DNA of 64,000 nt, from NCBI RefSeq assembly GCF_006345805.1, contig NC_042997.1:16182001-16246000 (forward strand), given 5' to 3'. Shown here piece by piece: positions 12,605-26,929 of this stretch. The stretch is from Octopus sinensis. Taxonomy: Eukaryota. Numbering within the stretch: position 1 is the stretch's first letter; each line of letters opens with the position of its first letter. Made by a program: the position numbers and the translations under genes. Under the pieces are notes generated by a model. The model searched no databases and was not told the origin of the DNA. It was given only the letters and a program-made list of their open reading frames with translations.

Positions 12605-12629
12605 CCTTCTATATAATAAAATATATATG

Positions 12630-12713
<84 letters not shown>

Positions 12714-12719
12714 ATGTAA

Positions 12720-12963
12720 GTCTGTGTGTGTGTCTTCGTTTTCTCCCTCATCACTGTCTCACAACTGGAGTTCGTTTATTTACATCCCATAACTTACTGG
12801 TTTCACAAGAAGAAACTGATTGAGTAAGTACCAGGCTTATCAAAATAAAAAAAAAACACTAGCAGTAGTATATCATATTTTTGTTTGCCCACACAATTTA
12901 TTTGTGTGTGTGTGTTACATACATACTCATATATATGTATATATATATATATATATTCTATAT

Positions 12964-12998
<35 letters not shown>

Positions 12999-13290
12999 CA
13001 TTATATACAGATTTCTTTGACAGAAAACTTAAAGAAATCAATCGTATATATACGTATGTATATATTTAAGTCTATGTGTGTGACTTGTTTTCGTGTTTCA
13101 CCATCATCACTGTTTCACAACTGCTGTTCGTTTATTTACATCCCCATAACTTAGTGGTTTCACAGAAGAAGAAAACTAATAGAATAAGTACCAGGCTTAT
13201 CAACATAAAAAAAGCACTACGCTGTGTCTCATATTTTTGTTTGCCCACATCAGTTGTATCTATCAATTTATCTTTGTGTGTGTATATATG
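12720..13290 (+). mobile_element. Two tandem diverged SINE-B 3' fragments (about 12720-12900 and 13070-13290)
   Basis: Both contain GTTTATTTACATCCC(C)ATAACTTA...AAGTACCAGGCTTATCAA...CATATTTTTGTTTGCCCACA. Confidence 0.7.
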
Positions 13291-13355
13291 TATTGCTTTA
13301 TGTTTTTCACTGTTTGATTTGCCTAATAGTGGTTTTATCTTTAATTTAATATATA

Positions 13356-13388
<33 letters not shown>

Positions 13389-13469
13389 CTATATATATAT
13401 ATATATGATACACACACACACACGCGCGCGCACACACATATATATATACATGTATGTATATGTGTACAT

Positions 13470-15144
13470 TCATATTTATTATATCAAAGACAATGTCTTT
13501 ATGTGTTCGTGTATTACTTATACATTCGAAAACTGCTGCACCGATCATAATGAAATTTGGAACACAAGATCGAAGCCCAGGGAGAAGGGTAATGCTGTGT
13601 TTCATACAATTTCAAGGACCAAAATTTCTAAATGGATCTTCATGATATTTGAAACTTAGATTCAATGCATAAGGGTGGGTATAATGCAATATGTTTGGTT
13701 TGAATTTCGGATGGCTTAAAGGAAGCAGAACCCCCCATGAAAATTCATAAATTTTCGATGTTGATGAAATTTCAACCATGGGTAATTGACATACATCAAG
13801 AAGTATTCTCAAAGTTTCCACTTCACATGAGGATACTATGACACCCTAATGGGGGCCTTAACTCCCAAATTTTAGTCATTTCTTTTATGATCCAAAACTG
13901 TCAAAAGTACTGAATGGATCTTTACGAAATTTGGAAATTATGTTCTATGCATAAGGGCCACCACCCCCATGACAATTCATATATTTTTGCTGTTGATGAA
14001 ATTATAACCATAGATATTAGATACAAATGAAGTAATATTTATAAAATTTCATCTTCTTACAAGTTAGAAAGGCCCCTTCATGGGGACTTAACACCCACAA
14101 TTTTGTCATTTTATCCTAGCAAAGATGAATAGTTGTATTCTTGGAAGCTGTGGCGTCATCCGAGCATAAAAGTTGAGCATTATTTCTAATTCAATGGTAC
14201 AACAGCGTAACAGTTTGCTTTGACATACACTTACATTGTGATTTCTGCAATGTGGTGCATAAATTTTCAAGTAAATGAGAGGCGTCTTTGCCTCCACTGA
14301 TTCAGTTGCAAAGTGTTGAGTAAAGTTATTTGATTGCAGATCTCCTTTCAGTCTTTTTATTATCACTGGGTCACACATAGTCCCCAGATGGTAACATTGA
14401 TTTTAAGGCCTTCCCAGTTGAGTGACTGGTTATTCAAAACATTTATAGATTGTAAATTTATTCTGTCCGGTTACGTATCAGTATAATGGTCATTTACAAA
14501 CTCCAACTTTCATTTCCCCTTAGCCCTCACGTCACACAGTTGTTAATGTTTATTTCAGTTGGGTCACGCCCTTCCAATTGCTATAGATTCACAATGAATC
14601 TTACGGCTGTGCCTGTCACCTGGATGATGAGGAATACTACATTGGGAGTGGTAACGTCTAGGGTATTGTAGCTGACTGCTTATTGTGATCATTCGTCTTT
14701 TGGTTTCCTGTAGCTTTGCTCTCTTTTACAAACCCAGTGAACATATATTTCCTATTTCAAAGAAATTCAAACAATTAGATATAAGACCCAAGTAAAAAGA
14801 TTCTCACAAATTCAACTTCTTGGTGACATTAAGGATGCCCACCCAACAGGGGCGTTAAGTCTCACATTTTAGAGCACACTATGACCTTCATTTTTCAGGA
14901 GCAATATCTTTTAACAGGTTCAATAAGACTGCAATTTTGGAATATGCCGCATAAAAATCAGTAGTATGGGATATATGTGGCACGATTACAAATTTTGGGG
15001 TGTGTGTAAAGAGGGAAATAACCCTCATCTGCAATTTTAATGAAATTCGAATATAGATATTCCAGTTCATTACAGAAAATATAACAGAAAAGTCTAATTC
15101 TCCATTGTATGTAACACGGGCAACGCGGGGTATCTCTACTAGTA
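13470..15144 (+). mobile_element. Non-autonomous Helitron-like element with internal subrepeats and a non-repeat insert (about 14120-14770)
   Basis: 3' end CGGGCAACGCGGGTATCTCTACTAGT (hairpin plus CTAG); repeated ATGAAATTT... and GGGG..TTAA..CCCA subunits. Confidence 0.65.
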
Positions 15145-15159
15145 CATATTTATATATAT

Positions 15160-15191
<32 letters not shown>

Positions 15192-15289
15192 ATGCTTATC
15201 TCTGGTCTTCGTGTTAAGTGTTGTCTTGCCCGCACCGGTGGTCAAAGTGTTTATCAGCATTTCTCTTGGTTTTACGTACTAAATTCAAA

Positions 15290-15390
15290 TACCACCAAGG
15301 CTGGCTTTGCCTTTCCACCTATCGGGGTCGATGTAACCGACTAGCACCTCAGTCAAAAGCTCAAGCCTTGAGAGTATAGTAGAAAGGATC
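15290..15390 (+). mobile_element. SINE family C fragment
   Basis: CTTTGCCTTTCCACCTATCGGGGTCGATGTAACCGAC. Confidence 0.6.
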
Positions 15391-15533
15391 ATCATCATCA
15401 TCGTCGTCGTCATCATCATCATCATCGTCATCATAGAGGTTTTTACTGCACTACCAGATGCATCTTCATATTGCTGAACTTTGTATTTAATGGTTTCTAA
15501 TCACAAACGGTTAAGTGAGTGAAAATGTGCGTG

Positions 15534-15577
<44 letters not shown>

Positions 15578-15830
15578 ATGTGTGTGTGCATATGTGTATG
15601 TGTATGTGGGTGTGTATTCATTTTACTTGTTCAGTCGTTTGACTACGGCCTACACTGGAGCACCGATTATATATATATATATATATTATATATATATATA
15701 TATAATATATATAAATATATACATATATATAATATATATATAATATACTATATACATATATATATAGTATTTATATATATATACATATACATACATATAT
15801 ATATATATACATGCATATATATACACACAC

Positions 15831-15874
<44 letters not shown>

Positions 15875-15927
15875 ACACATATATATATATAGACACACAT
15901 ATATAATATATATATATATATATATTA

Positions 15928-15972
<45 letters not shown>

Positions 15973-16221
15973 CTGTCACATAGTCTAGCAGATGGTTATA
16001 AGAAGATGGTGGAAACCGAGTGAAAAAGAAAATCTGCTAGGGGATTTTCAAACATCGTATATGTAAACTTACCAAAGAAAAAAAATGATTATTGATTCTG
16101 CAATACGGTGATAAAAACATTTAAGAAAAGCATCAAGAGGAATAGAGAATATACTAACATCTCCTCTTTGAAATATATAAAAGTTAAGGTGAGGATAAAA
16201 CGTACAGAGTGTGCCAAAATA

Positions 16222-16222
<1 letters not shown>

Positions 16223-16258
<36 letters not shown>

Positions 16259-16680
16259 GCTATTGCCTGTTATTTCTGTTCTGGTTATTGTTGGTGTACT
16301 ACTTGCTGTTGTTGTTGTTGTTGGTGATGGTGGTAGTAGTAGTAGTGGTGGTGGTGGTGGTGGTGGTGGTGGTGGTGGTGGTGGTGGTGGTGGTGGTGAT
16401 GGTGGTGGTGGTGGTAGTGGTGGTGGTGGTGGTGGTGGTGGCGGTGGTGATGGTGGTGGTGGTGATGGTGGTGGTGGTGATGGTGGTGGTGGTGGTAGTG
16501 GTGGTGATGGTGGTGGTGGTGGTGGTGGTGGTGGTGGTGGTAGTAGTAGTGGTGGTGGTGGTGGTGGTGATGGTGGTGGTGGTGGTGGTGGTGGTAGTGG
16601 TGGTGGTGGTGGTGGTGGTGGTGTTAATTGCTGCTTCTGCTGCTGCTGTTGCATTTGTTTTTGCTGTTACTGTTTGGCTC
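16223..16680. repeat. Compound (TGT)n-(GGT)n trinucleotide tract
   Basis: Direct reading; gives homopolymeric ORFs in several frames. Confidence 0.95.
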
Positions 16681-18377
16681 CATGTCAACCCTGATAGTTC
16701 AGGCCTTTAATAACAGGCATTCCAGCCATGTCCATTCCGTCGAGTTAGACATATATATGGGATTACATTTTTTATCAATATGTCCTTTCCAACTTTTTAA
16801 GATTGTTAAGTTGTCATTTGTGGGAGATTTAACTATTTTCTAACAGGGGAAATAGCCACTTAAAGGCTCCCTCCTTGCACTTGGTTGATAATTGTAAATG
16901 GGTCATTTGATGTACATCTATCCAGTGATCGACAGAACAGTAAGTCCTAGTGTATCGACTGCCAAATACGAACAGTTTAGTCACTTTTACTAAGTCGGGT
17001 GATTCGTTCGACTGAATCGCAAATTTAACCTTTTTGATTCTTTCAATAAGATGCATAAATTCCTAATAGCTAATTTATGTAGTTCTTCTACAAAACGTAT
17101 CATTGAGTGTAATAATAAAAGATGTACTTTTTCGTATGTCACCAGCGACAGTCTTTCTATGAATAATTTCAGTGATTTTTATACACCTCCCGGCAACACA
17201 AGTTATTTACCACTCTTATGGTTTCTTAACTTTTCTAATAAAGGACAAGGATTCGTATGATGTCTTAAGTATTTACTCGTATTCTTTTGAGAACGTTCTT
17301 TTGTCCTTTCAAAGATTTCAGTAATCTTTCAAAAAACAGTAAAGTTTTGTTTCTTCGAAGGAAGCTATATGATATCAAGATGTCTTTTTATTTAGTATGT
17401 TTTATACTTTCATTCACCAAAAAATTCCTTACGAATTAAGTTGCCGAGATACAGTACATCTTACCTAAAAGCAAATATAATTCCATTAAAAAGAAATTAA
17501 GATTCGTTGTTCTTCCTCTTGGTTGTGTATGCGCGCGTTTCGCACGCGTGTTGGTTATACAATCTTGATCACTTTCTAATTCGTGTTATTACATCCACCA
17601 TCTGTAAGAATCATTACTTCAGCATTGTTTTATGACTTATTTTTATTCGACAGATTCAACCATTCATCTGTGGAAGTTATTTTCAATTTTGCGCAATAAA
17701 ATAAAAACTAATATTTGCGCAATAAAAATCAACTAATATTTTGAAAATAACTATAAAAACACTAACATTGAATTTATATTTATAAGTATTTAAATTATGT
17801 GATAAATTCAGAATGAAGATATGTAAAACCCTGATTTTATAGTTATGTAATATAAACTAGAAAACTGGAAAAAATTGCAATAATATTTGTTGATCTAACA
17901 AGTAAATTACATACTTGTCAAAATTAAATTATCTTAAGTGCCTTCTATTAGCACACAGCTCACTAATAATATGTATTTTCAGATCGAGATTTCAAAATCA
18001 TGTCTTTAAACAGACTTCGCATTGATATCATTCACAAAACACTTAATTAAGGCTGTTAATGCATTTCATTGTAAGGCACATGATACCAGGTGTCACGAGA
18101 CACAATGGCAAATACGATACAAATCAAAAGTTCATTATATTAAGCTTACAAAATTATATTGATAACGAAAGGAAAAAGGCATCTTAATAGTAAATGCTTG
18201 GTTTTAGTATTGATAAAAGTTCTTGCAGTATATGGCAACCATTCTCGACACAAAAACTGAACAGCAACAAGATGATTCTAACTAATGTTCTCTGATGCTT
18301 TGTTTGCATTCAGTTTTCATTCTATATTCGCAATTTATATTTTATAGTCATATTTCTTATTTCTTTACTGCCCACAA

Positions 18378-18560
18378 GGAGCTAAACACAGAGGGGACAA
18401 ACAAGGACAGACAAACGGATTAAGTCGATTATATGGACCCCAGTGTGTAACTGGTACTTATTTAATCGACCCCGAAAGGATGAAAGGCAAAGTCGACCTC
18501 GGCGGAATTTGAACTCAGAACGTAGCGACAGACGAAATACCGCTAAGCATATTTCTGGCA
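18378..18560 (-). mobile_element. SINE family C (Deu/Nin-like core)
   Basis: Reverse complement has GAGTTCAAATTCCGCCGAGGTCGACTTTGCCTTTCATCCTTTCGGGGTCGATTAAATAAGTACCAG. Confidence 0.9.
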
Positions 18561-19486
18561 TATATATTTTCAATTTATTTTTTTATATATAAATTAAAAT
18601 GCTCTAATAAACACAGATGTACTTTAATATTTCCCACTAAAGTTCTACGATCCAAAATAATCTTAATGCGATCCCTCCACCTAGAGTTTGCAACTCATAG
18701 TTTAACCTTTTTACAGTAGAAAGCAAATACAGTCACTCAAAATTTTATTGTCTTTAACTCTGGAAAGCATTTTTATATACTAATTTACCTTTTGTTGGGG
18801 AATATCATATTTGAAACTATTTTCTCTTGAAATATGCCAAGAGTATTGAAGCAACATGATTTGCAGAAAACACCAACTCTATTATTGGTAGATATCTAAA
18901 AGCATTATTGGAATAACCATGATATTAATTTCGCAACTCATAGTTTAAGAACTACTACTACGTGTGGTAATAACTGTACCACACAACTCGAGTCTCTGAT
19001 ACAAACAAGTACGTGTGGAACGGTTTCACCACCCAGTGTGCTTCTTTTACAGGTCCGGTTGATTGCTATTCTCTTTGTATAGTTAATCTAGAAATGGCAA
19101 TGCATCCGGTAACACTGAGAGGCTTCTAGAATTTGTTCTTAGTTACCGGGAAGAGGATAGTCCACCAGAATAAGCTATTCTTATAATCTTCATCGTCGTC
19201 TTAAGTACACCGACAACGCTGTTACTTTTACCAGCCATTAATTCTCCATAGCAAGCAACAATTGTCATGCTACCGGCTGCATTGCCTGACTGATAGAGAA
19301 CTGATCACATTCTAAATACCATGCGTCTAAATCTTATGCTTCACTTGATCCAGGACTATATCTCTGTCAAAGAGACGAACTTTCCACAAAATAATAACTT
19401 GCGAAACGAGATCTGTAGCAAAAATATTATGCAACAAATCCCCGAAAGGGCAAACTATCAAGAACTGATATTAAGTACGTAAAGCA

Positions 19487-19496
19487 ATGATGGTGG

Positions 19497-19542
<46 letters not shown>

Positions 19543-19655
19543 GATGATGATGATAGTGGTGGTGGTGGTGGTGGTGGTGGTGGTAGTGACGACGACGACA
19601 GCAACGATGATTGTTGTTGTTGTTATTGTAGTAGTAGTAGTAGTAGTAGTAGTAG
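19487..19655. repeat. (ATG)n-(GTG)n-(GTA)n compound microsatellite
   Basis: Direct reading. Confidence 0.95.
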
Positions 19656-20099
19656 TATTCTTTTATTGGTCACAAGGTCCTAAAACGTTGGGGGTCAGAA
19701 CACAAGAACGATAAACGAAACAAGTGGTGCGTAGATCGATTTAAGAATGGGAAATCTACAAAAGTAATATCTTGCAATAATGTCAATATGAAAAGGTTTC
19801 CAATAAGTGTGAAAACCGCTTCCATAATTTGGGGTACCTCGTACAAAACCCTGGGTTTCTCTGACGTGTCAAAAATTAAAATGTCCACCACCGGCTCCCA
19901 GTTTTTGTTATCTGTTTATCGTCAGCCTTGTCAATCTCACCACTTTCACCTATCTTGCGTAAAATACACAATAAGGTATCATTTTCTTCTTGTCCCCACC
20001 CTCCAGTTCATGTAGTAATTGAAGAAATTCATGCCCAAAGCACGACTTCCTTTACTATATTAAATAGATAGAGGAAGAATAACCATTCTACCAGTCTGA

Positions 20100-20440
20100 A
20101 AGAAAGGTGGTGCGACGATCTTCACAATAGATACGGATCCGGCCGACTCCACCTAGTATCTTTCTCGACACAAGCACTGCACAGTCGCTGAACGAATTCG
20201 TGCAGGACGGTTTCGTCGCTCTTATAAATCTCGGTCTGACAAGCCTGTAGAATTTGTCCTGTATAGGCACTGCCAGTAGCACTACTGCCAGCCAAAGGAC
20301 TTTTGGAAATTGTCCATAATCTCTGACTTGAAATTCATCCAGAAGACTCTAATCAGACTGTCCTCGTCGAAATACAAAATCGCTCTCAGGTCATTGTTAC
20401 CTATGTCTTCCACTAACCCTGTATAGAATGAGGGTTGGTT
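20100..20440 (-). mobile_element. Possible MULE/FAR1-type transposase remnant
   Basis: LYFDEDSLIRVFWMNFKSEIMDNFQKSFG..*..LYRTN resembles the MULE DExG-L-VFW...FGD...TYRTN segment; in-frame stop. Confidence 0.4.
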
Positions 20441-21031
20441 TCCCCCCCCCCCCGATTTCACCAACCGTGTTGTTCAGTTGGCAGATCACAATAAGCATCT
20501 GGCAACATTCCAGATTCCAAACGCATTAATAATAGTAACAACGTCTAAAACGAAATCAATTCTTTATTGGCCACAAGGGCCTCGCGGATACACACACCAA
20601 AACATAAAAGAACATCATATTATTATTATTATCAAAACAAGCAATAACATAAGCAACAACGATAACAACTTAATGCACAAAGTTGCAGCAACAGCGGCAG
20701 CAGCAATAACAAATTCTGCGACAACAACAATGACCAACAACAACAACAGCAGCACTGCAGCAACAGCAACAACAACAACAACAACAGTAACAACTCGCAA
20801 ACATCAAAAAATAACTACCAAGAGTAGCACCACTTGTATGTTTCCTTCAATTTCTGTCTGTTTGAATATAATCTGATTAACATAGTGACGTAGACGCCTG
20901 CTTCTACATATACCTGTATATCAAATACACACGCACACATGCATGTACACACACACACACACGCACGCACACGCACGCACACACACGCACGCACACGTTA
21001 GCACAAGCTAAGCCATACATATAATATATAC

Positions 21032-21108
<77 letters not shown>

Positions 21109-21213
21109 GTATATATATATAAATATATGTATATTATTATATATATGTACGTACATATATACATATGTGTGTGTGTGTGCATGTGTGTATGCATATGTGT
21201 CTATACATATATA

Positions 21214-21245
<32 letters not shown>

Positions 21246-21255
21246 GATATATGTA

Positions 21256-21293
<38 letters not shown>

Positions 21294-21326
21294 TGTGTGT
21301 GTGTGTGTTATATATATATATGTATG

Positions 21327-21359
<33 letters not shown>

Positions 21360-21674
21360 GTATGTATGTATATATATATATAGATATATATATATATGTA
21401 TGTATATACATATATATACATGCGTGCATACACACGCACACTCGTACACACATACGCTCGTTTACGTGTGTTTGTGAGCGTATGCGTGTATTTGTGTGTG
21501 TGAGAGCGTGTGTGAGTGTATGTGTACGCATTGCAATTTCCAGCTCGCACGCGCACATACACACAAACGCTCACAATAATGAAATGGCACAAATATATAC
21601 ATAAAAACAGACATTCACAGGTTCATACCATAAAAATCAATTTGAAGCAGCACACAAGCATACACACATTAAGA

Positions 21675-21726
<52 letters not shown>

Positions 21727-21875
21727 CATATACATACATACAGCTGCAGAAATCTCTCGCATATACACATCGTACATACACACAATGACAGAATAGTATA
21801 GACATGCATTTACACACACATATAACATATACATGCATATGTGATGCATCTCTATGCTAGTGTATGTACATATAT

Positions 21876-21936
<61 letters not shown>

Positions 21937-21937
21937 T

Positions 21938-21973
<36 letters not shown>

Positions 21974-21992
21974 ATATATATATATATGTATG

Positions 21993-22028
<36 letters not shown>

Positions 22029-22086
22029 ATATATATAATATATATATGTATGTATATATATATATATATATAATATGTATGTATAT

Positions 22087-22117
<31 letters not shown>

Positions 22118-22469
22118 GCAAAAAAAAAAGGCACACACATACACACACACTGCCGCAACCACTATCACTTTGAGACATACACACATACATACAGAAGTAT
22201 ATACACTCGTATTCAAAAGCACAAATTCATACATTCACGCGCGCATTCACAGACATACTCTAACACACACTCAGCTATATACAAATACACACGAACACAC
22301 ACGCATGCACACACGCACACATAACACCAACACCCAAAGATATGCAAGCAAACACTCACACGCAATTAACTACAGCCGCAGTCAACTATACACAAACACA
22401 CATACACACACACACTCATCACAGTCGCAGGGATACACCCACCCACACACACACACACATACACAGCTA

Positions 22470-23690
22470 CATTCACCAACACACAGTGACACACAACCAC
22501 GGTCACACTTACATACACACACATTCACACACACATGCACATACACACACACACACACACAGAGAAACGTAAGCGTGCACAGAGACGCAATCATTTGCAT
22601 ACATACACATAAATACGCACATATACACATACACAATCACCTATGCTTCACACACACACACACCCATTGACACACACACACACACACACACAGCAACATT
22701 CGCCAACACACAGTGACACACAACCACGGTCACACTTACATACACACACACATTCACACACCCAGATTCACACACACACACACATTCACACACACACACA
22801 CACCCATTGACACACACACACACACACACACACACCCATTGACACACACACACACACACACACAGCAACATTCGCCAACACACGGTGACACACAACCACG
22901 GTCACACTTACATACACACACACACACACACATTCACACACACAGATTCACACACACAGATTCACACACACACACACCCATTGACACACACACACACACA
23001 CACACAGCAACATTCGCCAACACACAGTGACACACCAACCCGGTCACACTTACATACACACACACACACACATTCACACACACAGATTCACACACACACA
23101 CACACACATTCACACACACACACACACCCATTGACACACACACACACACACACACAGCAACATTCGCCAACACACAGTGACACACAACCACGGTCACACT
23201 TACATACACACACACACACATTCACACACCCAGATTCACACACACACACACACATTCACACACACACACACACACCCATTGACACACACACACACACACA
23301 CACAGCAACATTCGCCAACACACGGTGACACACAACCACGGTCACACTTACATACACACACACACACACACATTCACACACACAGATTCACACACACACA
23401 TTCACACACACACACACACCCATTGACACACACACACACACACACAGCAACATTCGCCAACACACAGTGACACACAACCACGGTCACACTTACATACACA
23501 CACACACACACATTCACACACACAGATTCACACACACACACACACACACATTCCCACACCACACACACACACACACCCATTCACACACACACACATACAC
23601 ACAGAGCAACATTCGCCAACACACGGTGACACACAACCACGGTCACACTTACATACACACACACACACACACACATTCACACACGCAGAT
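22470..23690. repeat. Minisatellite, about 8 units of about 150 bp, built on a (CA)n scaffold
   Basis: AGCAACATTCGCCAAC starts at 22692, 22864, 23006, 23156, 23304, 23446, 23605, each followed by CAACCACGGTCACACTTAC; degenerate unit near 22470. Confidence 0.92.
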
Positions 23691-23897
23691 TCACACACAC
23701 ATGCACATACACACACAGACACACACACATGCACAATCATTACACGCATATATGGAGACCCTCACGTGGAAGAAAGCTCTCTGCCGTTACCTTGTTTAAA
23801 TATTGCTTATTGATATTTTATCTGAGAGTCACCATAACGCCGTAAAGTTAATGCCGTTTATTGGTTCACACGCAAATACGAGCACAAACAATCCCTC

Positions 23898-23935
<38 letters not shown>

Positions 23936-24129
23936 ACACACACGCACACACACACGCACACACACACACACACACAGAGTTTCACATGTGCGTAAATCAC
24001 ATAATGCATACATAAACGCTCACACACACACACACACCACACATATATATATAAATATATATTGCACACTCAAGCACGCGTGTACAATCATTGATGCACA
24101 AACTCAGACAAACTCTTACACAAGCGTAA

Positions 24130-25160
24130 ACAGACACACATACATACACACACATATATACATACACACATACACACATACATACACACACATACATACA
24201 CACACATATATACACACATACATACACACACATATATGCATACACACATACACACACATATATACACACATACATACACACACATTTATACATATACACA
24301 TACACACACATATATACACACATACATACACACACATATATATACATACACACATACACACACACATACACACATACATACACACACATATATACACACA
24401 TACATACACACACATATATACATACACATACACACACATATATACACACATACATACACACACATTTATACACATACACATACACACACATATATACACA
24501 CATACATACACACACATATATACACACACACATACACACACATATATACACACATACATACACACACATATATACACACATACATACACACACATATATA
24601 CACACACACATACACACACATATATACACACATATATACACACACATATATACACACACACATACACACACATATATATACATACACACATACACACACA
24701 TATATACACACATACATACACACACATATATACACACATACATACACACACATATATACACACATACATACACACACATATATACACACACACATACACA
24801 CACATATATACACACATACATACACACACATATATACACACACATATATACAACACACATATATATACACACACACATACATACATACACATATATATAC
24901 ACACACACATACACACACATATATACACACATACATATACACATATATACACACATACATACACACACATATATACATACACACACACATATATACACAC
25001 ACACATACACACACATATATACACACATACATACACACACATATATACATACACACATACGCACACATATATACACACATACATACATACACACACACAT
25101 ACACACACATATATACACACATACATACACACACACATATATACATACACACACACACAC
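24130..25160. repeat. Higher-order CA/TA microsatellite, about 24-bp unit (TATATACACACATACATACACACA-like)
   Basis: Direct reading; source of the 417-aa and 407-aa ORFs. Confidence 0.85.
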
Positions 25161-25537
25161 ACGTATTATTGTATTGATGCTAACAGGCTTTTGTGTAGAG
25201 AGGGAGGCTCGACCTGGCACAAAAATTGTTTTGTGTTTTGATAAACTTCTGGCATTGCTCTATACTTCCCCCCCCCCCTCCGCAACCAACCACCTATATA
25301 TATTTACTATTCTCCTTGCTTTCCCTATCCCCCTTTTTCCTCTTTTACTTATTATTATTATTATTATTATTTTATTTTTTTTGTTGTTTCCTTGTGTGTT
25401 ATTTGGTTCTTCCTTATTCCCTGTCTTCAGACCCACCACCACCGCATTCGCCAACTCTCTGCGCGGCCAACCATTCTCTCACCTTGTCAATGCTTTCCAA
25501 ATTCCAAATGATTGACTGACTGACTGTTTACTGGTGG

Positions 25538-25641
<104 letters not shown>

Positions 25642-25650
25642 GTGTGTGTT

Positions 25651-25684
<34 letters not shown>

Positions 25685-25765
25685 CATACGTACATACGCA
25701 ATGCATGCATATACATGCATATATGGAATGCATTTGTATGTGTGTGGTCATATATATGTATATAT

Positions 25766-25801
<36 letters not shown>

Positions 25802-25814
25802 TATATATATATAT

Positions 25815-25845
<31 letters not shown>

Positions 25846-26025
25846 CATTATAAATTTATATGTATCTTTATATAGCCATTTAGATTAGATAGATAATAGA
25901 TAGATAGATATATAGATAGATAGATGATAGATAGATAGATAGATGGATGGATATATGATAGATATATATAGATAGTAGATAGATGGTGATAGATAGATAG
26001 ATGGATAGATAGATGGATAGATAGC

Positions 26026-26106
<81 letters not shown>

Positions 26107-26111
26107 GGATG

Positions 26112-26157
<46 letters not shown>

Positions 26158-26224
26158 CAGATAGAGGATAGATAGATAGATAGATAGATAGAAGACAGAC
26201 AGACAGACATATAGATAGACAGAC

Positions 26225-26257
<33 letters not shown>

Positions 26258-26929
26258 GATAGATAGATGATAGATGATAGATTGAGAGAGGAGAGAGGAG
26301 AGAGAGAGAGAGAGAGAAATACTGTGGAATTAAGTACTTGTTTGTAAATTCAAAAATACACGCGCGCAAACACCCAAACACGAACACACAAATACAAACA
26401 CTCACGCACACACACACACATATGAAACACATACCAGTAATTCAAATACATCGTAAACAAATGTTCTTTTATTTTCTATTTAGTTCTATAGAATTCGGCA
26501 AACAACTTACATAACACCCGTATTCATTTTATGCCCTACGTAAATAAATACGCAAGCACTTTATATCATGCCATTTTTTTCTTGTATTTTTTATGGGTGC
26601 ATAAACTCCTTACATAATACCGTGTTTTTATTAATGTTGTTTTTGTAGGTTACATGATCTCATATGTATTGAAAGGAAGGGAAATGGAATTATATAATAA
26701 TAATCTGACATTTCGCAAAGGCTTTGGTAAGAAGAAAGAATTGAAGCAAACAGTTACACCCACGAAATTGAAACCGATTTAACAATCAATGCTTCAACGG
26801 AATTTGTGTTCCTTTCTATTCTATGATGATTGCTACATTTGGAGCAAGAATATTGATTACTAAAGTAGGTACGTGGCCACAAATTCGGTAAGTGGGAACA
26901 GGTGAATATACTAGCCTCCTTCTCTCACA

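Larger units (their letters stand above)
10321..12620. repeat. Large inverted duplication: arms 10321-11201 and 11755-12620, 553-bp spacer
   Basis: Unique segments (ACTAGTCCCTATA, CTCGACCACAC, GGGGGAGTGGTCAAGGAGTCAGTG) recur as reverse complements in mirrored order; differences mostly 1-nt indels. Confidence 0.92.

Noticed and set aside
16108-16710. Poly-V/G/P/T ORFs resembling glycine- or proline-rich proteins
   Set aside because: A (GGT)n tract open in several frames, with no unique coding context.
16847-16939. Exon-like segment with good acceptor (TTTTCTAACAG) and donor (GTAAGT), 93 nt
   Set aside because: Stops in all three frames; it could only be a non-coding exon, and nothing supports that.
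22470-23690. CRISPR-like look (constant repeats, variable spacers)
   Set aside because: Spacers are only (CA)n length variants, there are no cas genes, and the DNA is eukaryotic.
23988-25241. 417-aa and 407-aa ORFs (HTYI / CVYM repeats)
   Set aside because: They are translations of a CA/TA array and are open on both strands for compositional reasons.
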